A stretch of 64,000 bases of DNA from an uncultured virus (IMG/VR IMGVR_UViG_3300030380_005539). Its lineage: Duplodnaviria > Heunggongvirae > Uroviricota > Caudoviricetes. The notes beneath the pieces were generated by a model. That model worked only from the letters and a program-made list of their open reading frames with translations. It was not told the origin of the DNA and did not search any database. Positions 9,149-18,649 of the stretch are shown here, piece by piece. Positions within the stretch are counted from its first letter, which is position 1. Each line of letters opens with the position of its first letter. A program made the translations under genes and the position numbers. The stretch lies in the IMG/VR virus record IMGVR_UViG_3300030380_005539, positions 1 through 64,000 of that record; one strand, written 5' to 3'.

Positions 9149-10018
9149 ATGAAATCACTCATCAGAAAAATACTTAAAGAAGAAACACAACAAAGATCAC
9201 TAAAGGATGTAATTTTTGATGATTTAGTTAATACATTTAACGAAGAAGTATTAATTTATGATTGGGGACCAGAATATTATAACTGTATAAAGGCAATTAA
9301 GAATATTATTAATAATGCAGCCATACCACATATTGAGGATGTTTATAGTTTAGACTATTTTGAAAACGAAGATTTAATTAAACCTATTTTAGATAAATTT
9401 GTTAGATATTTGTATAACGATGATTATCCAATGGTTGGGGACACCATTGAAATGATTGAAATGGAGGGAGAAGATCCAAACCCGATACTACCGGGAACAA
9501 AGGGTGTAGTAACTAGAATAGACTCACAAGTTATTTCAGGTATACCTGAAGAACATTTATGGATTAATTGGGAAAATGGTAGAACTTTAAAAGTTTTATT
9601 ACCACATGATAAAATTAAAATAATCAAAAGAGGTGAAAGCAGTAGAGGTGTTATTGGACGATTAGAGTTAACGGAAGATAAAATAGATGATTTTGTTGAT
9701 TTTGTAAGTGGTGATTTAGAATTAGATGATAACTTTACCGTAGATATTACAAATGATTCTGACGATGTAGAAACATTGGCAAGTTACGATATTAACAATA
9801 ATGAAGTAACAGTATTAGGTAAAGATAGAGCTTTACCAGATATCATTCGTTCTGTTGCACATGAATTAGTTCACCATAAACAAAATGAGAGAGGTGAATT
9901 AACAGGTAGAAAAGAAGAAGGTGAAGATGGTTCACCGTGGGAAGATGAAGCAAATGCAAAAGCCGGAGAACTTGTTCGTAAATATGGTAGAGAGAATCCT
10001 GAAATTTATGAAACGTAA
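9149..10018 (+). CDS. leader + DUF4314-like domain + zincin-type (HExxH) metallopeptidase-like domain
   Basis: MKSLIRKILKEE; GDTIEMIEM...PGTKGVV...WENG; IRSVAHELVHHKQ...WEDEANAKAG. Confidence 0.75.
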   Translation: MKSLIRKILKEETQQRSLKDVIFDDLVNTFNEEVLIYDWGPEYYNCIKAIKNIINNAAIPHIEDVYSLDYFENEDLIKPILDKFVRYLYNDDYPMVGDTIEMIEMEGEDPNPILPGTKGVVTRIDSQVISGIPEEHLWINWENGRTLKVLLPHDKIKIIKRGESSRGVIGRLELTEDKIDDFVDFVSGDLELDDNFTVDITNDSDDVETLASYDINNNEVTVLGKDRALPDIIRSVAHELVHHKQNERGELTGRKEEGEDGSPWEDEANAKAGELVRKYGRENPEIYET

Positions 10019-10410
10019 ATAACGTCTCCTTTATTTATATTATTTTTATCACAAAAACCACCATTAACTTCTATGTTATATTTTGACCCATCTGGTGGAT
10101 ATACGTTGTCACCATCAGGTTCTGCAGTAACAATGTCTAAAATAGTACCATTACTATCACAAAAAATCATATCTAATGGAAATTTTACATTTTGCATATG
10201 GTAATATGTAGGTGACATTTCATCGAATAATATACCACAGTTTTCACACATAGAATCCATACCTAAAACACCTGTCATTTTTTCATTCGTAGTTTTAGCA
10301 TATTCGCAATCTACCCCAATTTCATTGTCATCACCATTTTTAATAATTATACTTTTTCTATTGGGAAAAGGATGTTTAACGATTTCATTTAAAATATTAA
10401 TAAATTTCAT
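10006..10410 (-). CDS. DUF192-family protein
   Basis: A.T..EK.TG...GILF...HMQNVKFPLDMIF...YNIEVNGG pattern. Confidence 0.8.
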   Translation of the reverse strand: MKFINILNEIVKHPFPNRKSIIIKNGDDNEIGVDCEYAKTTNEKMTGVLGMDSMCENCGILFDEMSPTYYHMQNVKFPLDMIFCDSNGTILDIVTAEPDGDNVYPPDGSKYNIEVNGGFCDKNNINKGDVIYVS

Positions 10411-10421
10411 ATTAATAAATA

Positions 10422-10453
10422 TTTGACATTTTAATAAAAGTAACTTATATTTA
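10422..10453 (+). promoter_or_regulatory. Bacteroidota-type promoter variant (TTTG-N20-TATATTTA)
   Basis: TTTG 10422-10425 and TATATTTA 10446-10453, upstream of ATG 10474. Confidence 0.55.
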
Positions 10454-10473
10454 GTTAATAAAATTTAATAATT

Positions 10474-10653
10474 ATGCCTAAAAGTAAACATAGAAAAAAT
10501 CAAAAACAAAAATCTAGAGCTAGAACTGAACGATTAAATGCTCAGAAAAGAACATTTAATAAAAAAATGCAAGAAGAGTTTAAAAAGTATATGGAGGAAA
10601 TGGAAAATAAAAAGTCTGATACGGAAGAAAGTGACTTAACACAAAATTCTTAG
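10474..10653 (+). CDS. small basic hypothetical protein, 59 aa (MPKSKHRKNQKQKSRAR...)
   Basis: Read manually; fills the gap between the promoter and the 10657 ORF. Confidence 0.65.
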   Translation: MPKSKHRKNQKQKSRARTERLNAQKRTFNKKMQEEFKKYMEEMENKKSDTEESDLTQNS

Positions 10654-10656
10654 AAA

Positions 10657-10860
10657 ATGAAGCATAGTTATATGATAAAAAAAACACTATTAGATAAAAA
10701 CGTAAATAAAATACAACATGTTTTTATGACTGATGGTAGTAGTCAAGTATTAGAAATGTCTGATGAAAAAATGGCAACACATTTTGTAGAAGTTATGAAT
10801 AACAATACTGATAGTGGATGTGTATATGAAGTAATAACAGTAAAAAATAAAAAAAAATAA
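10657..10860 (+). CDS. hypothetical protein
   Basis: 67-aa ORF in operon context. Confidence 0.7.
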   Translation: MKHSYMIKKTLLDKNVNKIQHVFMTDGSSQVLEMSDEKMATHFVEVMNNNTDSGCVYEVITVKNKKK

Positions 10861-10869
10861 AAAAATATT

Positions 10870-11070
10870 ATGAATAACGAAGAAAAAGCACAAATTTATC
10901 ACAGTTTATTATTACAACATGATAAATTAGACGGACAAGTAGCCGATATTAAGGCAGAAGCTGCAGGAATGACATTAAATGATGAACAAAAAAAGAGGTT
11001 AAACGAGTTAGAAATTAAAAAATCTCAGATTGTAGAGAAAGCACAAAGTTTATTCCACACTTATAAATAA
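10870..11070 (+). CDS. hypothetical coiled-coil protein
   Basis: 66-aa ORF in operon context. Confidence 0.7.
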   Translation: MNNEEKAQIYHSLLLQHDKLDGQVADIKAEAAGMTLNDEQKKRLNELEIKKSQIVEKAQSLFHTYK

Positions 11071-11078
11071 TAATATTT

Positions 11079-11501
11079 TTATTTTAACCTTTTTAACCTT
11101 CGTAAAGCGTTTCGTGACTCATTTGTTAGTGAAGAACCCTTACGAAGGTTCTCTTTGTATGGTATAAAACGTAAATTCTTTATGTTTCCTATCTTTTTAG
11201 GTGGTATTTTGTTGTGAAAACCCATTGCAATTGGGTAAATATGATCTAAATGATGGTTTTTCCACCCTCTTTTATCAGAATTCTCCAAAATTTGTAATGG
11301 TTGTTCTTCAGTAACCTCCCAAACCATTGCATAATACAATTTTTTATCTAAATTCTTAATACTTTTAATTTTCTGTTTAATTTTTGGGTATTTTTTGGTG
11401 ATTTTTCGTATTTTGTACCTAATTTTATCTATTTTAGGTTTTTTATTCAATTTATCACTTAAAATACTTTTATTTTTTTGTTTTTTTAACGATCTTTTCA
11501 T
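11079..11501 (-). CDS. HNH-like endonuclease domain protein
   Basis: HLDHIYPI...NLRFIPYKENLRKG (DH...N...N pattern). Confidence 0.65.
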   Translation of the reverse strand: MKRSLKKQKNKSILSDKLNKKPKIDKIRYKIRKITKKYPKIKQKIKSIKNLDKKLYYAMVWEVTEEQPLQILENSDKRGWKNHHLDHIYPIAMGFHNKIPPKKIGNIKNLRFIPYKENLRKGSSLTNESRNALRRLKRLK

Positions 11502-11513
11502 ATATTTATAAAT

Positions 11514-12098
11514 ATGAAAATTATTATTACAGAAAATCAGTTAAAAAAAGTAATTTTATCTGAAGGCGAGCAAGATTGGGAAAAGAAAGTAAAAGAATTT
11601 AAAAAAAGTGTCTCTGAAATAGCCAAAAAGGTGGACAATATAGGTTTAGGTAGTCCTATTGCCACTTTTTTAACCAGAATTGCAGCAACTGAGTCATGTT
11701 ATGGATTAAATAAGACTAATGGTAAAAATAACGTATTTCAAGTAGATGATATTGCGTTTGATGATACTCAAGACATTAAATCACATCCCGGACTGAAGGA
11801 AAAGTTCAAAATAATAAAAGACAAAACAGGTATTAATTGGTCTGGAGAAACTTACACTAATATTAGGGGTGATAAGTTTAAGAATGGGATTGCCGCTAGA
11901 TTATTATTGGGTAATAAACCTGGTAAGATACCCACAGATTTGAATGGACAAGCTAAATATTGGAAAAAATATTATAATACTGGATCTGGTGAAGGTGGTG
12001 AACAAGATTTTATCGATAAGAATGAAGGAGACGGTTTAGAGCACTGTATTTATTATGGTAAAAAAGAAATAGATAAAAATAAAAAGAAAGATGGGTAG
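11514..12098 (+). CDS. LTE-type leader + lysozyme-like fold (putative muralytic protein)
   Basis: MKIIITENQLKKVILSE; IAATESCYG...FQVD...QAKYWKKYYNT..G.G. Confidence 0.6.
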   Translation: MKIIITENQLKKVILSEGEQDWEKKVKEFKKSVSEIAKKVDNIGLGSPIATFLTRIAATESCYGLNKTNGKNNVFQVDDIAFDDTQDIKSHPGLKEKFKIIKDKTGINWSGETYTNIRGDKFKNGIAARLLLGNKPGKIPTDLNGQAKYWKKYYNTGSGEGGEQDFIDKNEGDGLEHCIYYGKKEIDKNKKKDG

Positions 12099-12348
12099 GG
12101 AACTTAATTTTTCATATAAGTCACACATATTAAAAAAAACAAATAAATCAAATATGGACGTTAGACGTAGGTGGGTGACATATGAAAAAATTTTAGATGA
12201 GATGGCTCTACTTGGTGAGTTTAAAAAAATAGACGAAATTAAATATAGGATTACTGATGGTGAAAATGATAAAAAAGTTTTTACAGAAGTATTAGATAAA
12301 ATAAAAGATAAGGGTGTTAGACTAAATTTATTAACAAATTCAATTTAA
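12091..12348 (+). CDS. hypothetical protein
   Basis: 85-aa ORF overlapping the previous stop. Confidence 0.65.
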   Translation: MGRELNFSYKSHILKKTNKSNMDVRRRWVTYEKILDEMALLGEFKKIDEIKYRITDGENDKKVFTEVLDKIKDKGVRLNLLTNSI

Positions 12349-12378
12349 GACATATTTATAAAGAAAAAGAAAGATAAA

Positions 12379-14001
12379 ATGAAATACGTAATCAGTGAAA
12401 ATCAGTACACTATTCTACTTAGAGAAGATAGAGTAGACTTTTTAAGAAATCAGTTTGTAATTGATCCAAAATTATTGGATAAAGCTACTGATGGAGAGAA
12501 TGAAGAAGAAGAATTTGAAGATGGTGATAGACCAGCCGGAGGTATGAGGAAATCTAAAGAAAAGATAGAACCAATACAAGGTCATGATGGTGTAGATATT
12601 GCATATATAGTAACCAATAAAAAAGGTAAAAGTAAAGTAGTTTTAACTGATGAGATCTTTACTGATATTGTAGATGCTGATCCAACTAGAAAAAAAGAAT
12701 TCGTACAATGGATGGTTACCGTATTTATGAGACATTTAAAAGATGGAGATGTTGATCAAGCAATTAGATTTTTAACTGAAGATTTACCTGAAGCAAATGA
12801 ATACTTAGAGGTATTCGATAAAGTAAGGAAGAAAAAAGTATTTAAAACAGGTGCACCTAACAGACCAAATGCACCAGAAAACGTAAGTGATATTACACAA
12901 TATAACGATTTAGCTCACCTATACTCAATAGTAAGTCCATTTATTGGTTCTGATGAGGAAGATGGTGGTTTATGGGGTAAATTAAAGAAATTTATAGATT
13001 TAGGACATGCTAAGTTAGCATATAGAGATAATGAAGTATTAGTTTACACACCTCAAACGATTGAATCAAGTTGTGAACCATTAGGTAATTTAGCATCTTG
13101 GTGTACTAGAAGAGAAGGAAATAGTTATTTTGATTCATATAGAAGAAATAACCCAAAACCTGATGGTAGTTTATCTGATTACTATGTAGTAATGCCTAAG
13201 AAGTTATTTGATGGTGATGATGAAGAATTGTATCCGTTACAATTCCATTTTGAATCTGGACAATTACACGATAAAAATAATAGAAGTATTGAAAGGGGTG
13301 AATTACCTAATGTATTATCTAAATTTGGTGGACTAACTGATTTCTTTAAAAAGGAATTAGGGGCATTAGCAACTGGTGACATTAGAAATGGTTCTGGTTT
13401 AATGGATAGTAAGTATTTAAATTATTTAACTAAGTTTGGTGGTAACGTTAAAGATGTTATCGATGATGATGTATGGGAGGCAGGTGTTCAGTCAATACGT
13501 AGATTGGCTAGTGAACAACAAGGGGCACTACAAAACAACAAATATTTAAAGTGGTTGATGGAAAACACTGAAGGAGTTGTTATAACTGATTATTTAGATA
13601 GAAGTATGCAAGTATTAGATTTTAGTGATATGCAATTAACACAATTACCTGATTTATCTGAATTTACAGAATGTAATAGGATAACTGCAAATAATTGTGG
13701 TTTAACAAGTTTACCACCTATAGATCAACTACCAAAAGGATTAGAAATTTTTACTATAGTCGGTAACCAACTACCGGAATTTCCATTACAAGGTTATGAG
13801 ATACTTACTACGTTATTTGTTGTAAATGCAGGTAAGAATCCATGGAGAAGAATTAATGTTGATATCTTAGAACAACTATTTCAAGAAAAATTAGCTAGAG
13901 TAGTATTGGATGTTGATGTAAACAACTTAGAGCCTGACAATAGAGAAGCTTACGAAAATATGTTGACAAATAGTAGGGCTAACGGATACATGTTACAATA
14001 A
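12379..14001 (+). CDS. leader + SWCT-motif domain + C-terminal leucine-rich repeats
   Basis: MKYVISENQYTILLRE; ASWCTR...YFDSY; LDFSDMQLTQLPDL, ITANNCGLTSLP, IVGNQLPEFP. Confidence 0.75.
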   Translation: MKYVISENQYTILLREDRVDFLRNQFVIDPKLLDKATDGENEEEEFEDGDRPAGGMRKSKEKIEPIQGHDGVDIAYIVTNKKGKSKVVLTDEIFTDIVDADPTRKKEFVQWMVTVFMRHLKDGDVDQAIRFLTEDLPEANEYLEVFDKVRKKKVFKTGAPNRPNAPENVSDITQYNDLAHLYSIVSPFIGSDEEDGGLWGKLKKFIDLGHAKLAYRDNEVLVYTPQTIESSCEPLGNLASWCTRREGNSYFDSYRRNNPKPDGSLSDYYVVMPKKLFDGDDEELYPLQFHFESGQLHDKNNRSIERGELPNVLSKFGGLTDFFKKELGALATGDIRNGSGLMDSKYLNYLTKFGGNVKDVIDDDVWEAGVQSIRRLASEQQGALQNNKYLKWLMENTEGVVITDYLDRSMQVLDFSDMQLTQLPDLSEFTECNRITANNCGLTSLPPIDQLPKGLEIFTIVGNQLPEFPLQGYEILTTLFVVNAGKNPWRRINVDILEQLFQEKLARVVLDVDVNNLEPDNREAYENMLTNSRANGYMLQ

Positions 14002-14033
14002 TTTGTTTATTATATTATTTTTCATTATATTTA
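14002..14033 (+). promoter_or_regulatory. Bacteroidota-type promoter variant (TTTG-N20-TATATTTA)
   Basis: TTTG 14002-14005 and TATATTTA 14026-14033. Confidence 0.5.
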
Positions 14034-14045
14034 TATAAAAATGAT

Positions 14046-14201
14046 ATGGGAAATTATATATTAACGCACAAAACCACAAAAGAGGTCTTATCAAAACATA
14101 GGTCACATAGTCTATCGTTAGCGATTTCTTATTTCGCAAAAATTAAAAACATCAGTGAATCAGATTTACTTAAAATCTATGATGTTTTAAAATCTAAGTA
14201 A
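14046..14201 (+). CDS. small hypothetical protein, 51 aa (MGNYILTHKTTKEVLSKH...)
   Basis: Read manually; directly downstream of the promoter. Confidence 0.6.
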   Translation: MGNYILTHKTTKEVLSKHRSHSLSLAISYFAKIKNISESDLLKIYDVLKSK

Positions 14202-14271
14202 ATTTTATTTTTTTTTAAGATTTCAATATATTTATAGTATATAATAACATATATTGTAAAAATATTAAGAC

Positions 14272-14643
14272 ATGGCAAATAAAAAAACAGTAAGATTAAC
14301 AGAATCTGAAATGGTTACTTTAATCGAAAATATTGTAAATCAAGTTAAATCTGAAAAGAAAAGAAAAATTAACGAATCTCGCAAACCTAATTTACTTAGG
14401 GAGAGACAATACAGACTTTTAATGGAGTCTGCAAATGCTGAATTAGAAGCAGATTTAGAATCTGTAGAAGGAGATCCAGAAAAAGAAGAAAAATTACTCG
14501 ATAAAATAGAAAATTTTATAGAACAAAAAAAATGTGATATAAAAAGTTTCTCTAGAAAAATGAAAATGAAAATTAAAAGATTATTTAGAAAATCTAAAAG
14601 AAAAGGAAGAAAAAATTTATCTATACTATGTCCAAAATGGTAA
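14272..14643 (+). CDS. hypothetical protein with LTE-type leader and basic C-terminus
   Basis: Begins MANKKTVRLTESEMVTLIENIV; internal INE, LRE and LME sites. Confidence 0.8.
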   Translation: MANKKTVRLTESEMVTLIENIVNQVKSEKKRKINESRKPNLLRERQYRLLMESANAELEADLESVEGDPEKEEKLLDKIENFIEQKKCDIKSFSRKMKMKIKRLFRKSKRKGRKNLSILCPKW

Positions 14644-14656
14644 AAAAATAGTAACT

Positions 14657-14747
14657 ATGGAAAATTTAAACGAACAAAAAAAAAAGAACTACCAAACACG
14701 GTATGAAAAATAGGTGGTTTGATGGTAATTCAAGAAATAGAGGTTAG
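14657..14747 (+). pseudogene. internally deleted remnant/mini-paralogue of the 14779..16452 gene
   Basis: ATG-GAA-AAT-TTA-AAC-GAA-C(A)10 then AGAACTACCAAACACGGTATGAAAAA.AGGTGGTTTGATGGTA, matching 16393-16435. One fewer A gives MENLNEQKKRTTKHGMKNRWFDGNSRNRG. Confidence 0.6.
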
Positions 14748-14778
14748 TAAATAAATTATACTTATAAAAAAAATATAT

Positions 14779-16452
14779 ATGAAATCACTTAATGAAGAAC
14801 AAAAAAGAATGAGAGAACTTATGGGTTTTACCTATGAGGATAATTCCCATAATATATTATCTGAAGAGTTTATAAATAAATCTTTAAACGAACAGAAAAA
14901 AACTAAAGGTGGTGGATTTAGTTTAGGTAAATCAGATATAAATATATTTGGTAGAACTGGTGGACACGTAGACTTTAATTGGGAAATAGATCCATTAAAA
15001 GTTAATATTGACTGGGATAAAGAGGCAGGAGTAGCTTTAGAAAGTGAAGATGATTTATTAAATAAAATGAATCAAGAGTTAGGTAAGAAAGAAGGTTATG
15101 GTAATTTAACTGCAGATCAAAAAAGAAAAGTGGCGATAGGGTTCTTCAACGGAATTAAAAAAATAGTTAAGGATAATTTAAAAGGTGTTGTTGATAAGAA
15201 ACAACGAAGAAACTTTAAAAAATTCTTTAAGAAATCTAATAGGTGGGAATTTGATATTGTTGATGTTAAATTAGAGGGGTGTAAAAGTGCAGCCGCTTGT
15301 AGGAAAGAAAAACTTTCACTATTAGATGAGATTAAACTTCAATATACTCAATACGAGGCACCGGATATACCTAAGAATGATGGTGCACAAATAGCATCAA
15401 ATACAAAACAACAATTAGATTCCATAATAGATAACAATACTTCTTTAGATGCAGTAATCAAATCAAAACCATCTCAGATAATCGATCAAAATCCACTTAT
15501 TACAAGTAATAATTTAATGCCATTTAAAATAGACGATATACCAACAGAGGACGCTGGTGATTTAGAAGTTGTATTTGCATATCAAAAACAAAAAATTAAA
15601 TATAAGAAAATAAGTGATGATAAACAAAGTGTTATCACAATAGATTTAGACGATCTAACTACTGGAAAGTTACCAATTGATTTTGCTGCTATGAAACACG
15701 AAATTAAAAGTGGAGATGCACAAAAGGTAAGACAAGCAATAATTGATGTCATTCGTAAAGTACCAGTAACATTACCTGAAAGTAGTAAAAGTGAAAACAA
15801 AAATACAACTATTGGTGAGATAGTTGACTTAGGTAATGGTTTTGTTAACATATCAACAATTAACTTAATTGGTGCAGCTAGTAATGCATGGGGTGGTAAA
15901 TTAGAAGCAACTCATGATATTAGTGGTAATAAATTACCTGGTGGTAGATCAGTTAATGATATTTTTAAGGATCCTAAAAGTAAGGAAGGTGATAAATTAA
16001 ACATTGAATTAGGTAGAAAAAGATTAAATTCTATGAGAAATTTAATTGTCCCTTTTATACAAAAAACCTCATGGTTAAAACCAAGTAAACAAACTAGAAT
16101 AGTTCCAGAACTAAAAATAATTGATACGGGTGGTGTACCTAATAGAAAAGGACAATACACTGAAGTTATATTAGATGGTACTCTACAAATACAAGAAACC
16201 AAATTCCAAAGAGGGACAGGTTCATTAACCGGTAAATTTGGAGGACAAAAAATAATCTTAGATTTTAAAGGTAAACCTAAAAGAGATTTCGATATTAATA
16301 TTGGTGGTGGAATGAGATTTAATAAAACATCAAGTCCTTCTAAAAATTCAAGATACTTTAAGAAAAAACTATTTGGTAAAGGTTTAAAACAAAGAACTAC
16401 CAAACACGGTATGAAAAAAAGGTGGTTTGATGGTAGTAGATTCGGAACTTAA
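14779..16452 (+). CDS. leader-bearing protein with OmpA-C-like region
   Basis: MKSLNEEQKRMRELMG; IGAASN...NIELGRKR...IIDTGG...GQY shared with the 17268 gene. Confidence 0.7.
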   Translation: MKSLNEEQKRMRELMGFTYEDNSHNILSEEFINKSLNEQKKTKGGGFSLGKSDINIFGRTGGHVDFNWEIDPLKVNIDWDKEAGVALESEDDLLNKMNQELGKKEGYGNLTADQKRKVAIGFFNGIKKIVKDNLKGVVDKKQRRNFKKFFKKSNRWEFDIVDVKLEGCKSAAACRKEKLSLLDEIKLQYTQYEAPDIPKNDGAQIASNTKQQLDSIIDNNTSLDAVIKSKPSQIIDQNPLITSNNLMPFKIDDIPTEDAGDLEVVFAYQKQKIKYKKISDDKQSVITIDLDDLTTGKLPIDFAAMKHEIKSGDAQKVRQAIIDVIRKVPVTLPESSKSENKNTTIGEIVDLGNGFVNISTINLIGAASNAWGGKLEATHDISGNKLPGGRSVNDIFKDPKSKEGDKLNIELGRKRLNSMRNLIVPFIQKTSWLKPSKQTRIVPELKIIDTGGVPNRKGQYTEVILDGTLQIQETKFQRGTGSLTGKFGGQKIILDFKGKPKRDFDINIGGGMRFNKTSSPSKNSRYFKKKLFGKGLKQRTTKHGMKKRWFDGSRFGT

Positions 16453-17177
16453 TTTCTCCAATTAGGTTCTACATACCTATTCATAGTGTATACAACACAA
16501 ACCATAGATGTTCCCCTATAAAGAATAGATATACCCACAAACACATTATTATGTATATGTAATGCGGTTTTATGTGGTGGAGAATTTAAAAACCCAATTA
16601 ATATTTTTTCTGATATATCTGAGTGTGAAACCCCATAATGATAATCAGTAATTAATCCTACGTTATTAACGTGTAAAATTTCTCCATTAAAATGTAGGGA
16701 ACTACCATCCGACTGAACCTCCTCAAAACCCATTTTGTCTCTATAATATCTATATCTATCATAATCATCTTCTATAATGGTATCATTACCAACATATTTA
16801 AACCCTATTGCTTCATAAGACTCACTGTGTGTAACTAAAAAAGTTTTATCGGGATTATCACTATTAACCATTTGAGTTAGATATGTGGTATGGTGTTTAG
16901 CACAACTATCTAATACTGGAAGTCTTTGTAAAGTGATATTTTTATGTTTAGGAAAAACACTATCTAAATAGTTTTCTAAATGTACTATAAAATAATACTC
17001 TAAACTATCTTTATCATATTGAATCTTAGATACGTCATATTCAAACTCATCCAAATCGAATAATAGGGAAGAATTAAAACTATCTTCCCACTCATCCAAA
17101 TCTTGTTCAATGGTATCATTCTGAGAATAACTACTTAAACTTACTAATACTAATAATAATGTGATTAACTTTTTCAT
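16449..17177 (-). CDS. secreted CAP/SCP-domain protein
   Basis: Signal peptide MKKLITLLLVLVSLSSYSQ; LDSCAKHH...GEI...GFLNSPPHKTAL...VGISI. Confidence 0.7.
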   Translation of the reverse strand: MKKLITLLLVLVSLSSYSQNDTIEQDLDEWEDSFNSSLLFDLDEFEYDVSKIQYDKDSLEYYFIVHLENYLDSVFPKHKNITLQRLPVLDSCAKHHTTYLTQMVNSDNPDKTFLVTHSESYEAIGFKYVGNDTIIEDDYDRYRYYRDKMGFEEVQSDGSSLHFNGEILHVNNVGLITDYHYGVSHSDISEKILIGFLNSPPHKTALHIHNNVFVGISILYRGTSMVCVVYTMNRYVEPNWRN

Positions 17178-17191
17178 AATTGTTTGATTTA
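17149..17191 (-). repeat. 43-bp exact repeat shared with 19254..19296 (5' UTR + signal-peptide codons)
   Basis: ACTAATAATAATGTGATTAACTTTTTCATAATTGTTTGATTTA is identical at both sites. Confidence 0.9.
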
Positions 17192-17193
17192 TA

Positions 17194-17225
17194 CAAATAT
17201 AAGGCAAATATTTTAAATAACCAAA
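17194..17225 (-). promoter_or_regulatory. Bacteroidota-type promoter
   Basis: Minus strand TTTG-N20-TATATTTG, nearly identical to the copy at 3292-3323. Confidence 0.75.
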
Positions 17226-17267
17226 TATATGTCAATCTTTATTTATTTATGGATATTTATAATATAT

Positions 17268-18596
17268 ATGAAAAGAAAAACACTTCACGAAGAAATAGAA
17301 AGAATAAAAGATTTATTTGTTTTTGAGCAAGGTCAACTTCCCAAAGACTTATTAACTGAAGCGGAGAGTGCACCTTTCGATAAACCAATCGTAACAGATG
17401 TAACATTAAAAGAAAATAATTCAGGAACAATTCGTATGTTTGGTGCTTTTCCTGTTAATATGACTAAAAATAGTGTTGCAAGTGAATTTGTTAAAATCAT
17501 TATGCAAAAATTAAAAGAGGCAAAACCAAAACAATATGAAAACCCTAATTTCACTATACGTATAAATAAAATGTGGGTTCAAGGGGGTGCAAGTAATTAT
17601 TATCAGACATCTAACGGTAAGTGTGAAATAGTTAAACCCCAAATAGCTTTCCAAACTAGTGACTGGAAAAAACAATCCAAACCAGTTATAGATAAAAATA
17701 TAGATTATTGTGGAAATGAAGAAGCAGATAAAAAATTAGCCAATGATAGAGCAGTTAATTTTGTTAAATATGTTCAGAAACAATTTCCTAAGTTAAGTGA
17801 TGGGAATATTACAGTTAAACTAGATCCAGACTACCCTAAAATAAGAAGTTATATTGTAGATACTGGTGGGAAATTAGACTCAAAGAGAGACAAAAAGAAA
17901 TATCCTGTCCCTGGACAATTTGTTAGAGCAGTAATTAATTTTATTACTACCAGAAAAAATATTGACATAGATGAGGGTGGTGGTGGAACACCAGAAGACG
18001 TTATGAAATGTTTACAAAATGCGGAATTTCTCATAGGATACAATGGTAAGGGTGGACATAGTTGTGATTTTGCATTATTTAATGTATATGCTAACAATGT
18101 AAAATTAGGTGTTGCAAATCTTAATAATGGATCATTTGACACTGGAGAAAAAAAGGCTCACACTAATACTGAAGGTAAAAAAATTACTGATTTTACTGAA
18201 AGTAGATATAGGACAGATAATAAATATGGTGGTATAAGATATTGTAAATTTAAATTAGATAAAAAACAGATTCAGTCTATTGCATCTAAAAGTAAAGAAG
18301 GTAAAGTCACTATTTCAATAGAAGGATTCAAAAGTAATTGGTACGCAGAAAAAGGAATATATGGGCATGAGGCACTTAAATGTGGTGCTGGACCAGGACA
18401 AAACTGTAGTAAAAAACCTATAGAAACACATGCTGATACACCGACAGTTGTAGTAAGATTGTTAGGTAGGGTACAATATAGTGGTAAACCACAAGTAAAA
18501 ATGGAAAGAGGTTCAATAAAAACCGATGTCTACACTTTTAAACCATGTGACATTTTTATAGAAGAAAAGAAGAAAAGAGAACAGGCAAAAAAATAA
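17268..18596 (+). CDS. leader-bearing protein with OmpA-C-like region, paralogue of the 14779 gene
   Basis: MKRKTLHEEIERIKDLF; QGGASN...KKLANDRAVNF...IVDTGG...GQFV. Confidence 0.7.
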   Translation: MKRKTLHEEIERIKDLFVFEQGQLPKDLLTEAESAPFDKPIVTDVTLKENNSGTIRMFGAFPVNMTKNSVASEFVKIIMQKLKEAKPKQYENPNFTIRINKMWVQGGASNYYQTSNGKCEIVKPQIAFQTSDWKKQSKPVIDKNIDYCGNEEADKKLANDRAVNFVKYVQKQFPKLSDGNITVKLDPDYPKIRSYIVDTGGKLDSKRDKKKYPVPGQFVRAVINFITTRKNIDIDEGGGGTPEDVMKCLQNAEFLIGYNGKGGHSCDFALFNVYANNVKLGVANLNNGSFDTGEKKAHTNTEGKKITDFTESRYRTDNKYGGIRYCKFKLDKKQIQSIASKSKEGKVTISIEGFKSNWYAEKGIYGHEALKCGAGPGQNCSKKPIETHADTPTVVVRLLGRVQYSGKPQVKMERGSIKTDVYTFKPCDIFIEEKKKREQAKK

Positions 18597-18649
18597 AAAT
18601 TTAAAAAATTAATATAGATAATAAAATAATAATTTTTTTCATTTTTTTC

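Noticed and set aside
11079..11501. HNH gene as part of a mobile intron or IS element
   Set aside because: Free-standing, no interrupted gene, and no terminal repeats or room for intron structure.
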